Source of the DNA: Candidatus Gastranaerophilales bacterium
GTDB lineage: Bacteria > Cyanobacteriota > Vampirovibrionia > Gastranaerophilales > Gastranaerophilaceae
Assembly (NCBI GenBank): GCA_944323145.1
Contig: CALURJ010000008.1
Span: 10,727 to 74,726, forward strand
Direction of reading: 5' to 3'
Length of the DNA: 64,000 nt
A program made the position numbers and the translations under genes. This document shows positions 45,130 to 55,417 of this stretch, in pieces (position 1 is the stretch's first letter; each line of letters begins with the position of its first letter). The notes under the pieces were generated by a model. That model was not told the DNA's origin and searched no databases. It saw only the letters and a list, made by a program, of their open reading frames with translations.

Positions 45130-47500
45130 AGTTTATTTCTTTCACTATTTTGTTAAATTTTTCTTCGCCTATTCTGAATTTTAAATCACTAATACGCATT
45201 TTGATTTTTGCAATATTTTCTTTAGTAAAGTTATTAACTGCAAGTTTGTAAGCATTTATATAATTTTGAAGCGACAATTCAAATTCTTTGCGGTTGTAGT
45301 AAAAATCTCCAAACGCTAAATCCGCCGAAGCTATATAGAATGTTTCATTTAATTCTTCTGCGCAGGCTCTGGCTTTTTTCAGATATTCAAAAGCTTTATC
45401 CGGAGATTTGAAAGAAAGTATTTCAAAAAGCTTCATGGATGATAAATATATTCCGTTGTAATTTTGAGTTAATTCGTCAAGTCTTAAGCTTTCGCCTAAG
45501 TATTTAACGGCAAGATCTGATTTCCCGTTTTCATCATATATTGTTGCGAGATTGGAAAGTGATGAAGAAAGGTATGTATTAATTTTTGGATCCTGTGAAG
45601 TTTCAACACATTTTTTATAATATGTTACGGCATTTTGTATATCTCCTTCTTCATCAAGGTTGAGGGCGTGTTTAAAATAAAGTTCTGCAAGAACAGGCTT
45701 TTCTATTAAATTTGTATTAACTGGAATAATATTTTTGACATTCTCGCCTGTTATTGACGCAAGAAGCAGTTCTGACTTTATTACTAAATTTTCGGAGAGT
45801 TTATCTTTTTGTTCTAAAATTTCATTTAATATTTTTTCAGCCCTGTCGCGTTTAAAGGTTATATAATAAATATTTGCAATTTCATATCTGCAATTTTCGA
45901 TTTTCTCAATATCGCCTGTTGACAGGTAAAATTCGGTTGCAAGTTCATAGTATTTAAGAGCATTGAACCAGTCAGACATATTTTTAAATGCTTCCGCGAG
46001 TTTTGTATACATTGTAGGTAAGAATGTATAATAGTCATCGTCGGTATTTAGAGTTAAGGCTTTCTGGTAAATCATCGCTACTTTTGGATAGTTGAAATTC
46101 TTTTCTTCCTGTTTCGCCAGGTTAATCAAATCTATCAGATGAAGATTTTTAATTTCCTCAAGTGTTTCTGAATTTTTATTTGAAATGTCTACAAAATTGT
46201 TTATTGAATTTGCAATTTTATTCAGGATTGCCATTTCATTTTCTTCCGATTCAAAAACAAAAGAAATATTTTTGATTTGTTCATCTTTTTCCTGTTTTGT
46301 ATGCGGTATTTCCTGAGTTTGAACTTTCTGTTCCATAAACTGAATTTCCGGAACAGGTTTTTGCGGCAGTACCGGTTTTTTAGGGATAAAAATACTGTGA
46401 TATTCAATTTCTTTGCGCATTGTTTGTCTGGATATGAGTAAATCTCTTTCCAGAGGTTTCAGCGGAAGCTGGGTGTTATAAAGCTCGACACAGTTTTTAT
46501 GAATTTTTACGGCAATATTTTCTGCGATAGAATTTTCCGCAATAACTTTATAATAATCCTGAAGATAAATTAGCGAACCCTCACGTGTTAAAACAAGATT
46601 ATCAACAAAGTAGCCTATTTTGTCTGCGTCATAGAGATTTAACGTTTTTAAAAGTTTTACATTAACCGGATGGCGCATAATTGTTAAAAATCTGAACAAA
46701 TGACCGCTCACGGGATCGACAAGTGATAAGCCCTCGCGCAGAATAAAGTCGTTAAAAGACAGAAAACTTTTTGTGTATCCCGATAAAAATTCTGTCAGAT
46801 TGAGTTTTCTTATCTGCATAATTTTGATTGAAAGAGTTGTGTATAAATAGTAGCCCCTTGTGTATTTGTAAAGTTCATCAGATAAAGGCCCTATCTGTTT
46901 AAAATCTTCTGATTTTAAATACTTTTCAAATATGCCTTTTTCAAGTGCGCTGACTGAAATTTTTTCGTAATCCGTTTTAAAATCGTTATAATCAAATTTT
47001 CTGCCTATCAAAATTATTTTAATATTTTTGTATTTGGAAAGGTGATAGATAAAATTTAAAATTTCCTGTTTATTGTCAATTATAATCTGTTCAAAGGAAT
47101 TAAGAACAATTACTACGGGTTTATCAATTGATTCAAAGTAAGCATTAATTTTTTGCGTAAAGTTTTCTGTTTTTGTTTTTGGAACTTTAATTACATTTTG
47201 AACGGTTAATTTTCTGAAATTATCAAAAAATTCAAGAAGAATGTCGTCAAGAATGGTGGTTTCAAAGCAGTTGTATCTCAAAGTAATAACATCTTCATTC
47301 AAAAAAGAAAGCGCCTGATTTACAACCATAACTTTCCCGGTGCCCATAAAACCGTTCACAATTAGCAAAGGAGTTTCTGATTTAAAGAATTCAAGTATTT
47401 GCTCAATTTTGTCTGTATTGTTTTCTATTAAAAACGGATTAATTCCGATATCCTGTTTTTGTATTTCTTTTTTATCGGCAATTTCTGCTATAAATTCCAT
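45119..47500 (-). CDS. P-loop NTPase (STAND/AAA_16-like) with C-terminal TPR repeats
   Basis: 793 aa. Walker A NGFMGTGKV, Walker-B-like VVIVLNSFE, and multiple TPR-like repeats in the C-terminal third. Overlaps the rsmG start by 11 nt. Confidence 0.6.
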   Translation of the reverse strand: MEFIAEIADKKEIQKQDIGINPFLIENNTDKIEQILEFFKSETPLLIVNGFMGTGKVMVVNQALSFLNEDVITLRYNCFETTILDDILLEFFDNFRKLTVQNVIKVPKTKTENFTQKINAYFESIDKPVVIVLNSFEQIIIDNKQEILNFIYHLSKYKNIKIILIGRKFDYNDFKTDYEKISVSALEKGIFEKYLKSEDFKQIGPLSDELYKYTRGYYLYTTLSIKIMQIRKLNLTEFLSGYTKSFLSFNDFILREGLSLVDPVSGHLFRFLTIMRHPVNVKLLKTLNLYDADKIGYFVDNLVLTREGSLIYLQDYYKVIAENSIAENIAVKIHKNCVELYNTQLPLKPLERDLLISRQTMRKEIEYHSIFIPKKPVLPQKPVPEIQFMEQKVQTQEIPHTKQEKDEQIKNISFVFESEENEMAILNKIANSINNFVDISNKNSETLEEIKNLHLIDLINLAKQEEKNFNYPKVAMIYQKALTLNTDDDYYTFLPTMYTKLAEAFKNMSDWFNALKYYELATEFYLSTGDIEKIENCRYEIANIYYITFKRDRAEKILNEILEQKDKLSENLVIKSELLLASITGENVKNIIPVNTNLIEKPVLAELYFKHALNLDEEGDIQNAVTYYKKCVETSQDPKINTYLSSSLSNLATIYDENGKSDLAVKYLGESLRLDELTQNYNGIYLSSMKLFEILSFKSPDKAFEYLKKARACAEELNETFYIASADLAFGDFYYNRKEFELSLQNYINAYKLAVNNFTKENIAKIKMRISDLKFRIGEEKFNKIVKEINYEK

Positions 47501-47590
47501 AAGGTAATATTAATAGATTTCTTAAAATTTTGCAAATCAAATATTTTTATAGTACAATCTTATTATATATTATAACTTAAGGGGAACAGG

Positions 47591-47695
47591 ATGGAATTTT
47601 TCAGAAAACACCAAAGAGCTATTGTCGCAATTATTGCGGTAACTTTTATCGCATGGACTGTAGGTTTAATGATGCTGCCTCTTCTGGTTAAATAA
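47591..47695 (+). CDS. Possible small membrane protein (34 aa)
   Basis: RBS AAGGGGA 7 nt before the ATG. MEFFRKHQRAIVAIIAVTFIAWTVGLMMLPLLVK has a single TM helix. Not in the ORF track because it is too short. Confidence 0.3.
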   Translation: MEFFRKHQRAIVAIIAVTFIAWTVGLMMLPLLVK

Positions 47696-47706
47696 ATTAC
47701 GGATTT

Positions 47707-48831
47707 ATGGATATAAAAACTTTTATAAAAAGATTACTTATAGTTGTGTTGGCATTGCTTATAGGCAATGTAAACCTGATTGCCCGGGCTGATCAGTTGA
47801 AGAATATTCAACAGAAACAGCGTGTTACGCATGAAAAAATTAAACGTTTAAAAGTCCTTGAACATCTTGAAAAAAACAAGCTGTACAAAAATCAGCAAAA
47901 ATTAGAACAGGCCTCAAATAACCTTCAATCTTCCCAGAACAGATATGCCGAGCTTGAAAGACAGCTTGCACAGATGGAGAGAGATTTAAATGCTTCAATT
48001 ATAGAGTTTAATAATGCAAATGTCCAAATGCGAAAAAGAATAAGACAGGTTTATAAAAATCAACGAACGGGCATGTTTGAACTTATTCTTTCTGCAAAGG
48101 ACTTGAATTCACTTTTGGATGTTCTTTATTTTGAAAAAATAGTTTTGAAAAAGGATTACGCCCGTATTCAGGCTGTTAAAGCCAAATCGCAGCGTATAGC
48201 TGCTATGAAAAAAGATGTTGAGTCTAAAAAAATTGCTCTGGCACAGTCAATAAATGAAATAAATTCTCAGAAAAAGGATATAAAATCTGCTATTGCTATG
48301 AACCAGAGCATGATTAACAAATATAAAACTGATCGTAAAACTTATGAAAGGGCTGAAAGAGAACTTGCGCGTCAATCAGCAAGTATTCAAAGTATGATTG
48401 CGCGGAATAAAGGAAGTTCAAATGTCAGGGTTAGTTCTACAGGCTTTTTGAAACCTATATCCGGAAGAATAACTTCTCCTTTCGGGTGGAGAACACACCC
48501 TATTTTTAACAGCAGGACTTTTCATTCAGGAGTCGATATTGCAGGCCCGAACAAAGGTCGCATAATTGCCTCAAATTCCGGAAAAGTTATATATTCCGGA
48601 TGGTATGGCGGTTACGGTAAAGTTGTAATTTTGGATCACGGAATTGTTAATGGTAAACCGACAAGTACTCTTTATGCGCATATGTCATCAATAAGAGTCG
48701 GGCAGGGACAATTTGTAAACAAGGGCGAAGTTGTAGGATATGAGGGGACAACCGGTTACAGTACAGGGCCTCATGTTCATTTTGAAGTAAGAATTAATGG
48801 AAAACCTAACAATCCGTTAAACTATATTTAA
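47707..48831 (+). CDS. M23 family metallopeptidase with coiled-coil N-domain (EnvC-like)
   Basis: 374 aa. Signal anchor, long coiled coil, and M23 motifs HSGVDIAGP and GPHVHFEV. Confidence 0.85.
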   Translation: MDIKTFIKRLLIVVLALLIGNVNLIARADQLKNIQQKQRVTHEKIKRLKVLEHLEKNKLYKNQQKLEQASNNLQSSQNRYAELERQLAQMERDLNASIIEFNNANVQMRKRIRQVYKNQRTGMFELILSAKDLNSLLDVLYFEKIVLKKDYARIQAVKAKSQRIAAMKKDVESKKIALAQSINEINSQKKDIKSAIAMNQSMINKYKTDRKTYERAERELARQSASIQSMIARNKGSSNVRVSSTGFLKPISGRITSPFGWRTHPIFNSRTFHSGVDIAGPNKGRIIASNSGKVIYSGWYGGYGKVVILDHGIVNGKPTSTLYAHMSSIRVGQGQFVNKGEVVGYEGTTGYSTGPHVHFEVRINGKPNNPLNYI

Positions 48832-48843
48832 GAAGGCAGGAAA

Positions 48844-51063
48844 TTGAAAAAGCATTTATTTTTAACATTATTAATTTTGGCGTTGGTTCCTTGTTCCGTT
48901 AATTCTCAGGAGCTTGTAAACAGTCCTGCCGATTTGGAACAGGTGTTTAATGAAACATTTTATGAGGCTCCTTTTATGCCGCTGCCTGAAGTTGAGGTTA
49001 AAAGCGGAAATCAGACTAATCCGGTAAGAGGCACCCCTGTATTTAAAAAGGTTCGTATAAAAGTTACAAATTATTTACGTGAAAGGGATTATAAAAAAAC
49101 TCAGGAATTAATTGAAAAGGAAAAACAGCTTCAGGCACAGCAGGAAGCTCAAGATGAGGCTGTGTTAAATAAAGATTTAAATATTAATTTCAAAGAAACA
49201 AAAAAAGAAAAGAATGTTTCTGCTAAAAAACGGGATAACAATGAGAAAATTGAAGAAAGTTCAGAACAGCAGGAAAAAACTTTAGAACTTGAAGGAGGAG
49301 TCAAGGAACAGGTAACATCAAACAATGTTCTTCTTGACGCTGATAATATTGATTACGATGATGAAAATCAGAATATTACTGCAACGGGAAAACCTATTTT
49401 AAAATTCCCTCAGCAGAATGTGATTTTAAAAGCCGATAAAATGATTTACAACAAGGATTCTAATATTCTGAAAGCATACGGAAATGTTGAACTTGTCAGA
49501 GACGGCAGTACTATGTACGGCGATTATATGCAGGTCAATATGAATGAAGAAAGCGCTTTTATGGATAATATGAATACCAAGCAGTCATTCATGACGGTAA
49601 CAGCGCGAAAATCCGAAATGGAAGGAGATAAAATAATTCTCCATGACGGAAAGATAGAGTCAAAAGAGTCATATATATTAAACCTGCAAACGAAAATGAT
49701 CGGCGGAAATAACTTTAATAACATGATTATTAACGACGAGGATAGGTCGTCAATTGCTGATGATGTAGGGGATACTTCCATTCATGTTAAAGCAAAAGAA
49801 ATTTTTGTGAATGCAAAGAAAAATAATGACGTAATTACCTTGAAAAAGGCTCAAATCAGATACGGGGATTATGACCTATTTACAATTCCTTCTATTACTG
49901 CGCATACAAATAAAAAACGGGAATTTTTTGAGGCTAACTATCCGGAATTTGGTTCCCGCGGTAAGCTTGGTATGTATATAGGCCCCGGTTTTGTATTTGA
50001 TACTCCTTTGCAGGACGGGTCAACTGTAAAGATTTTGCCTATTTTGAATAATAAAAGCGGTATAGGTTTCGGCGGTTTGTTGAAATACCGAAGTGCTACA
50101 AACTACACTGATTTGGGTTACGGCTCATCTGCAGATATATTTATGATGAAAGGTAAACAATACTTTGATGATAAATTATATATGCAGTACGGTGTTAATT
50201 CATATATGGATGAATGGTTCTTCGGACCGAGAATGCCGAAGTATATGGCCGAATTAGTATATAAAGACAGAACTATTGTTCCTTCCACCATTCATGACGG
50301 TTTGGATTTGACATTTAGTCATCGTTTCGGAATTGGTTATATGCAGAATAACGATGCAAACAGACATGGTGAAAATATTGCTCCTGCTGATATTGGAACG
50401 TTAAGAACTAGATATATGGCAGAAGTAAGCCAGTCATTGTTTAAATATCATGATAAAGAGCATCTAAGATATTTGGATTTGGCTTTTGTTATGCAGGGAA
50501 GCGCCGCTTTATACGGAACAGGTGATACTCAATTTGTAGGAAGATTAGGTCCCAGAGTGCATACCCAATATAAGTACTGGATGCAGGATATCGGTTTTTT
50601 TGCAACTGCATATCAGGATGGTACTCCTATGCAGATGTATGATATGTACAGATACGGACATGCAAGCGTTTATTTAAGAGAGGCACTGCGTGTACACAAA
50701 TATGTTACTCTTGCCTGGTCAGGTACTTTAACTCTTACAGGTGATTCTCCGAATGGTGAAATGTTTCAGGAAAATTCATTTATTATCGCTTTAGGGCCTG
50801 ATGATTTTAAGATTAATTTCGGTTATGACTGGGTGCGCCGTCAGACTTATTTTGCTTTTGTAATTGCGATGGATACGAAAGGTTCTTCTCTTGAATTTGA
50901 TAAAATGGTTATAAAAAATCCTGACAGACTTGCAAAGAGTGACAGAGAAGAACCGGAATTGAAAGTTTTTGATGAAGAAAATCAAACTCAGGCATCTCAA
51001 GCTAAAAAGATGATGTATGCAGAAGTTATTGAATTAGAGGACCCTGATAAGGAATCGATATAA
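48844..51063 (+). CDS. lptD: LptD/OstA-like outer-membrane LPS assembly protein
   Basis: 739 aa with a TTG start and a signal peptide. OstA-like N-domain (LLDADNIDYDDENQNITATGKPIL...ADKMIYNKDSNILKAYGNVEL...GDYMQVN), then an aromatic-rich beta-barrel-like C-terminus. Confidence 0.6.
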   Translation: MKKHLFLTLLILALVPCSVNSQELVNSPADLEQVFNETFYEAPFMPLPEVEVKSGNQTNPVRGTPVFKKVRIKVTNYLRERDYKKTQELIEKEKQLQAQQEAQDEAVLNKDLNINFKETKKEKNVSAKKRDNNEKIEESSEQQEKTLELEGGVKEQVTSNNVLLDADNIDYDDENQNITATGKPILKFPQQNVILKADKMIYNKDSNILKAYGNVELVRDGSTMYGDYMQVNMNEESAFMDNMNTKQSFMTVTARKSEMEGDKIILHDGKIESKESYILNLQTKMIGGNNFNNMIINDEDRSSIADDVGDTSIHVKAKEIFVNAKKNNDVITLKKAQIRYGDYDLFTIPSITAHTNKKREFFEANYPEFGSRGKLGMYIGPGFVFDTPLQDGSTVKILPILNNKSGIGFGGLLKYRSATNYTDLGYGSSADIFMMKGKQYFDDKLYMQYGVNSYMDEWFFGPRMPKYMAELVYKDRTIVPSTIHDGLDLTFSHRFGIGYMQNNDANRHGENIAPADIGTLRTRYMAEVSQSLFKYHDKEHLRYLDLAFVMQGSAALYGTGDTQFVGRLGPRVHTQYKYWMQDIGFFATAYQDGTPMQMYDMYRYGHASVYLREALRVHKYVTLAWSGTLTLTGDSPNGEMFQENSFIIALGPDDFKINFGYDWVRRQTYFAFVIAMDTKGSSLEFDKMVIKNPDRLAKSDREEPELKVFDEENQTQASQAKKMMYAEVIELEDPDKESI

Positions 51064-51064
51064 T

Positions 51065-51691
51065 ATGAGCATGTTAAATGATTTAAAACGTGAATTAATT
51101 GAATATGGAAAACTTGCCGGAATAAAAAATTTTACTCCAGGATATTCCGGAAATATGTCAGCAAGATTTGAAGATAAAATATTGATTACATCAAGCGGAA
51201 GTGCAAACGGATATTTATCAGAAGAAGAACTTGTGTTAATGGATTTTAAAGGGAATTTGGTCGAAGGGGATAAAAAGCCTTCTTCCGAAAAAATGCTCCA
51301 TGTTGAATTTTATAAGCGACGTCCGGATGTTAACTATATAATTCATGTGCATTCTCCTTATTTAAGCTCCTTTGCCTGCTGCAGAATACCTTTGGATGAG
51401 CCTGTAATGGCTGAAAATGTTTTCTATTTCGGTCAAATCCCTCTGGCAGATTACGGACTGCCGTCTTCAATGGATCTGGTTGAAAAAACTGCAAGATATT
51501 TTAAAGACTATGATGCTGTTTTGATGGCGAACCATGGTTTTATTGTGGGTGATAAGACTTTGAAAGATGCTTTTTTAAAGCTTGAATTGGCTGAGTCTTA
51601 TGCACAGGTTGTATTTAATACCAAAATGCTCGGCGGAGCGAAACTTTTCACGGATAAAGAAGTCGATGAGATAAACGCCTTGAAAAGATAA
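51065..51691 (+). CDS. Class II aldolase/adducin-family protein
   Basis: 208 aa. GNMSAR, HVHSPY and MANHG motifs. Confidence 0.8.
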   Translation: MSMLNDLKRELIEYGKLAGIKNFTPGYSGNMSARFEDKILITSSGSANGYLSEEELVLMDFKGNLVEGDKKPSSEKMLHVEFYKRRPDVNYIIHVHSPYLSSFACCRIPLDEPVMAENVFYFGQIPLADYGLPSSMDLVEKTARYFKDYDAVLMANHGFIVGDKTLKDAFLKLELAESYAQVVFNTKMLGGAKLFTDKEVDEINALKR

Positions 51692-51732
51692 TAATTGTGA
51701 TATAATAATTCAAGTAAAAGAGGAAAATAAAA

Positions 51733-52548
51733 GTGTCATTAATGTTGGAAAATAAACAAGGATTAATAGCCGGTGACGGAACTTTGCCTGTAAAAATGGC
51801 TCAGTATGCAAAAGAAAACGGATTTGATGTTGTATGTATTTCTCTTGCAAATGATAATTTGAAACAGTTGAAAAAATATTGTTCAAAGGTTTATTCCTGC
51901 CATCCCGGCGAAGTAAACAGAATAGAACAAATACTCAAAGATGAACAGATAAAACAGGCAACTTTTTTGGGTAAAGTGCATAAACGCGTTTTGCTGCAAT
52001 TGCATAAATTTGATAAGCGTGCGATTGAACTTTTGCAGGAAGCGCAGAGACTTAATGATGATCAGGTTATGCTTTTGATTGTAAAAGAATTCGAAAAAGC
52101 GGGAATAACAGTTTTGGATCAGACTATTTTTATCAAAAATCTTATGATACCGTCGGGTGTTTTAGGAAAAATTAAGCCTACAGAGGCTCAGATGGAAGAT
52201 GTTAATTACGGGTTCTGGCTCGCTAAAGAAATGGGAAAAATCGATGTCGGTCAATCTGTTGTGATAAAAGATAAAATGATTATGGCAGTAGAGGCAATAG
52301 AAGGAACTGATATGTGTATAAAACGCGGTTCAAAACTTGCGAAGAAAAATGCGGTTGTCGTAAAAGTTGCTAAACCTTCACAGGACAAACGATTTGATAT
52401 ACCTGCTATAGGTTTGAAAACTCTAAAGACAATGAAGAGATATAAAGCTGATTTAATTGCAGTGGAAGCTAATGAAACTATTATTGTTGATCAGGAAAAA
52501 GTTATTCAATTTGCGGATGAAAACGATATTGTTATAATGGCTGTATAA
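51733..52548 (+). CDS. lpxI: UDP-2,3-diacylglucosamine pyrophosphatase LpxI (DUF1009)
   Basis: 271 aa. LIAGDGTLP, VGQSVVIKDKMIMAVEAIEGTD and RFDIPAIGLKT motifs. Immediately upstream of lpxB. Confidence 0.8.
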   Translation: MSLMLENKQGLIAGDGTLPVKMAQYAKENGFDVVCISLANDNLKQLKKYCSKVYSCHPGEVNRIEQILKDEQIKQATFLGKVHKRVLLQLHKFDKRAIELLQEAQRLNDDQVMLLIVKEFEKAGITVLDQTIFIKNLMIPSGVLGKIKPTEAQMEDVNYGFWLAKEMGKIDVGQSVVIKDKMIMAVEAIEGTDMCIKRGSKLAKKNAVVVKVAKPSQDKRFDIPAIGLKTLKTMKRYKADLIAVEANETIIVDQEKVIQFADENDIVIMAV

Positions 52549-52549
52549 T

Positions 52550-53674
52550 ATGAAAAAAATTTTTATTGTAACGGGAGAATATTCAGGCGATATACATGCA
52601 TCTCATGTTGTAAAAGCTTTGCGCTTAATTAATCCAGATATAGAAATAGAAGGTGTAGGCGGAGATAATTTGAAAGCCTCCGGTGTGAAATTATTTTCTG
52701 ACCAGAAAAAAATGGGTGCTGTAGGGGTATCTCCATCAATAATATTTAATCATTTGATTCTCGGGAAAAAAATAGTAGATTATTTAACAAAAGAGTATAA
52801 ACCTGATTTAGTTTTGCTGATTGATTACGGAGCATTTAACCTTAATATTTCAAAATTTTTGAAAAAAGCAGGGATAAAAGTGTTTTATTACATTCCGCCG
52901 CAGGTTTGGGCAAGCAGAAAATGGCGGATTAATACAATTAAGAAAAATATTGATGAAGTCTTATGTATATTTCCATTTGAAAAAGAAATGTATGAAAAAT
53001 GCGGTATAAAAACTCATTACTGCGGTCATCCCCTTGTATCACAGCTGCCTGAGAAAGCTGACAAAAAAGAATTTTTTGAAAAACACGGATTTGATGTTAA
53101 TAAAAAACTTGTTTCGATTTTCCCGGGTTCAAGGGAGTTTGAGTTGAAATATTTAATGAAAACTTTTATAAAAACTGCGGAAAATCTTCAAAAAAAACAT
53201 CCTGATTTGCAGTTTTGTATTTCACATGCACCTAATTTGCCGGATAAAGTTTATGACAAGTATTTGAAAAATGCTGAATTTAAAGTTATAAAAGGTGAAA
53301 ATCAGTCTTTATTAAGTGTGTCTGATGCATTAATTCTGGCCTCGGGAACTGTTGCACTGGAAGCCTGCCTTTATCAAACTCCTATGATAATTGCATATCG
53401 GGGACCATGGTTATTTTATTTAATTTATCTGATTGTAAGATGTATTAAACGCGTTTCTTTACCCAATATCATTGCGGATAAATTAATTGTCCCCGAACTT
53501 CTTATGGCTGATGTGAATGTGCCAAAAATTTCTTATGAAATAGAAAAACTTCTTTTTGATGACAAGTACAGGACAAATAATATTAAAGAACTCGGGACTG
53601 TAAAATCGCTTTTATCTGATAAAATTTCCTCTAATGAGGCTGCAAAAGTTATAGCGGAAGCTGTTTCTATTTAA
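52550..53674 (+). CDS. lpxB: Lipid-A-disaccharide synthase
   Basis: 374 aa. IFIVTGEYSGDIHA, YYIPPQVWASRKWR and SGTVALE motifs. Confidence 0.9.
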   Translation: MKKIFIVTGEYSGDIHASHVVKALRLINPDIEIEGVGGDNLKASGVKLFSDQKKMGAVGVSPSIIFNHLILGKKIVDYLTKEYKPDLVLLIDYGAFNLNISKFLKKAGIKVFYYIPPQVWASRKWRINTIKKNIDEVLCIFPFEKEMYEKCGIKTHYCGHPLVSQLPEKADKKEFFEKHGFDVNKKLVSIFPGSREFELKYLMKTFIKTAENLQKKHPDLQFCISHAPNLPDKVYDKYLKNAEFKVIKGENQSLLSVSDALILASGTVALEACLYQTPMIIAYRGPWLFYLIYLIVRCIKRVSLPNIIADKLIVPELLMADVNVPKISYEIEKLLFDDKYRTNNIKELGTVKSLLSDKISSNEAAKVIAEAVSI

Positions 53675-53748
53675 TAATATGTAATAAAAACGCAATTTTC
53701 GGCTTTTAAAAACGTTAATAAATATAGGTAGTAAAAGTTTAGAAAGTT

Positions 53749-55386
53749 ATGATTAATCAGGTTACATCTGTTGGCAGTTCCCAAAATCCCGCATTTAGTG
53801 AATTCAAACAGCCCAAAAACGGCTATTATATTAGTGCGCCTTTTGCAGAACAGGTGAATGAAAAGAAAAGTCATACACTCGGGAAAACTCTTGTTGCCTC
53901 TGCCCTTGTAATAGGTTTTGGTACGTTGGCAATTCTCAGCGGCGGTGCTAATAAAGGTTTTGCTAAATTTTTGAATAAATGGAAAACAGATCTGGAAAAG
54001 AAACTTGCAAAAGGAACAAAGTTTGAAGATTTGTTCACTTTTTTGCTTAATAAAATAAGAGCTTTTCAGGCTAAGACGGAAAGTGTTAACAATTTTACTA
54101 CCTTAAAAGATGTGGCATTTCAACGTTTAATGTGGGGTAAAAACGGTGAACGCAAGTTTACGCGCCGGATACATCAGTCAATAACAAATTTCTTTGACAG
54201 AATAAGCAGAAAAACTGTAAACAGCTATTATAATAAAGCAAATACTAAATTTTCGGAATTGTCAGATCATTTTGCCGTTATTAATGAGCGTTTAAGGCTG
54301 GAAAACCCAAATGACCCTAAAATTCTGACTGCATTAGATGAAATATCCAGAAGAATGAAGGTTGTAAACAGTAATTTTAGCAAAGGTTTTGGTATAAATG
54401 CCAGAAATGAACGTTATATGGAAATACAAAGCGCCTGCGATGGCTTATTTGACTTCTTCTGGGATGCAAGTATAAAAGATGTCAGAAATTTTAAATCAAA
54501 AAACATGTGGCAGTCATTTATTGCCGAAGATTATTTAATACCCGCAAAACGTAAACTGTCAAATAAAACAGGTATATTAAGACAGTCCTTTACGCATGAT
54601 ATCAATGATAACTATAAAGCTACGATGAAAGCCGTATCTAATATTCAGGAGTTTGTTAACCCTGCAGATACTTCAACAAATGATGTCCTCCGCAGTTTGA
54701 GAGAAAATCTTGAAAAGTATAAAAAATTGTCCGGTAAAAATGAGGCAGCACAAAGAAATATTTTGAACCAATCAATTATTGCGGATTTAAAAAATCTTTC
54801 AAATAAATTTAAAGCTTCTTCCGGTAAATATAATTATAGTGCTGAATCTGTAGAATCGATTTCAAAATATATACATGAAGTGGAAGATATAATATCTCAA
54901 ACTGATAAAGGCGAACTTCAGGAAATTTTGACGATTTACAAGCGGCTTCTTCCAAGGAAAGAGTATTTGAGGTTGCGCTCTCAGGCTGAATCTGCCGTAA
55001 AATCTCTGGATAAGGCTATTGATATAGAAACAAACCAGTATGTTGATAAGGCTCGAGATTTAAGGCTCGGCTCGGCTCCTACCGATGTGCTTTCAATTCT
55101 TGGTACAGTAGGAACAGTCGGCTATTTCCTTAATAAATCGGATAACAAAGATGAAAAATGTTCTGTAGCAATAAAATACGGTATTCCGGCAATAGGAGCA
55201 ATTGCAACTTCTCTATATTGTACTGCAAGACTTGTGGCAGGTGGAAAAGCTTTACTTTTCGGTTTGGTTTCAGGTTGGCTTATGAATAAAGCGGGAGTTC
55301 TTGTTGACGATGCACGTAAAAAATATTCGTTAGATATTTCTTTAACCAATAAAAACCTTGTAAAATCTCAACCGGACAAAGTATAA
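53749..55386 (+). CDS. Hypothetical membrane protein
   Basis: 545 aa. One TM segment near residue 50, a long helical region, and C-terminal TM helices. No family recognised. Confidence 0.4.
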   Translation: MINQVTSVGSSQNPAFSEFKQPKNGYYISAPFAEQVNEKKSHTLGKTLVASALVIGFGTLAILSGGANKGFAKFLNKWKTDLEKKLAKGTKFEDLFTFLLNKIRAFQAKTESVNNFTTLKDVAFQRLMWGKNGERKFTRRIHQSITNFFDRISRKTVNSYYNKANTKFSELSDHFAVINERLRLENPNDPKILTALDEISRRMKVVNSNFSKGFGINARNERYMEIQSACDGLFDFFWDASIKDVRNFKSKNMWQSFIAEDYLIPAKRKLSNKTGILRQSFTHDINDNYKATMKAVSNIQEFVNPADTSTNDVLRSLRENLEKYKKLSGKNEAAQRNILNQSIIADLKNLSNKFKASSGKYNYSAESVESISKYIHEVEDIISQTDKGELQEILTIYKRLLPRKEYLRLRSQAESAVKSLDKAIDIETNQYVDKARDLRLGSAPTDVLSILGTVGTVGYFLNKSDNKDEKCSVAIKYGIPAIGAIATSLYCTARLVAGGKALLFGLVSGWLMNKAGVLVDDARKKYSLDISLTNKNLVKSQPDKV

Positions 55387-55417
55387 CATTTCGGCCTGTT
55401 TTTGTTAAAATTCTGGT

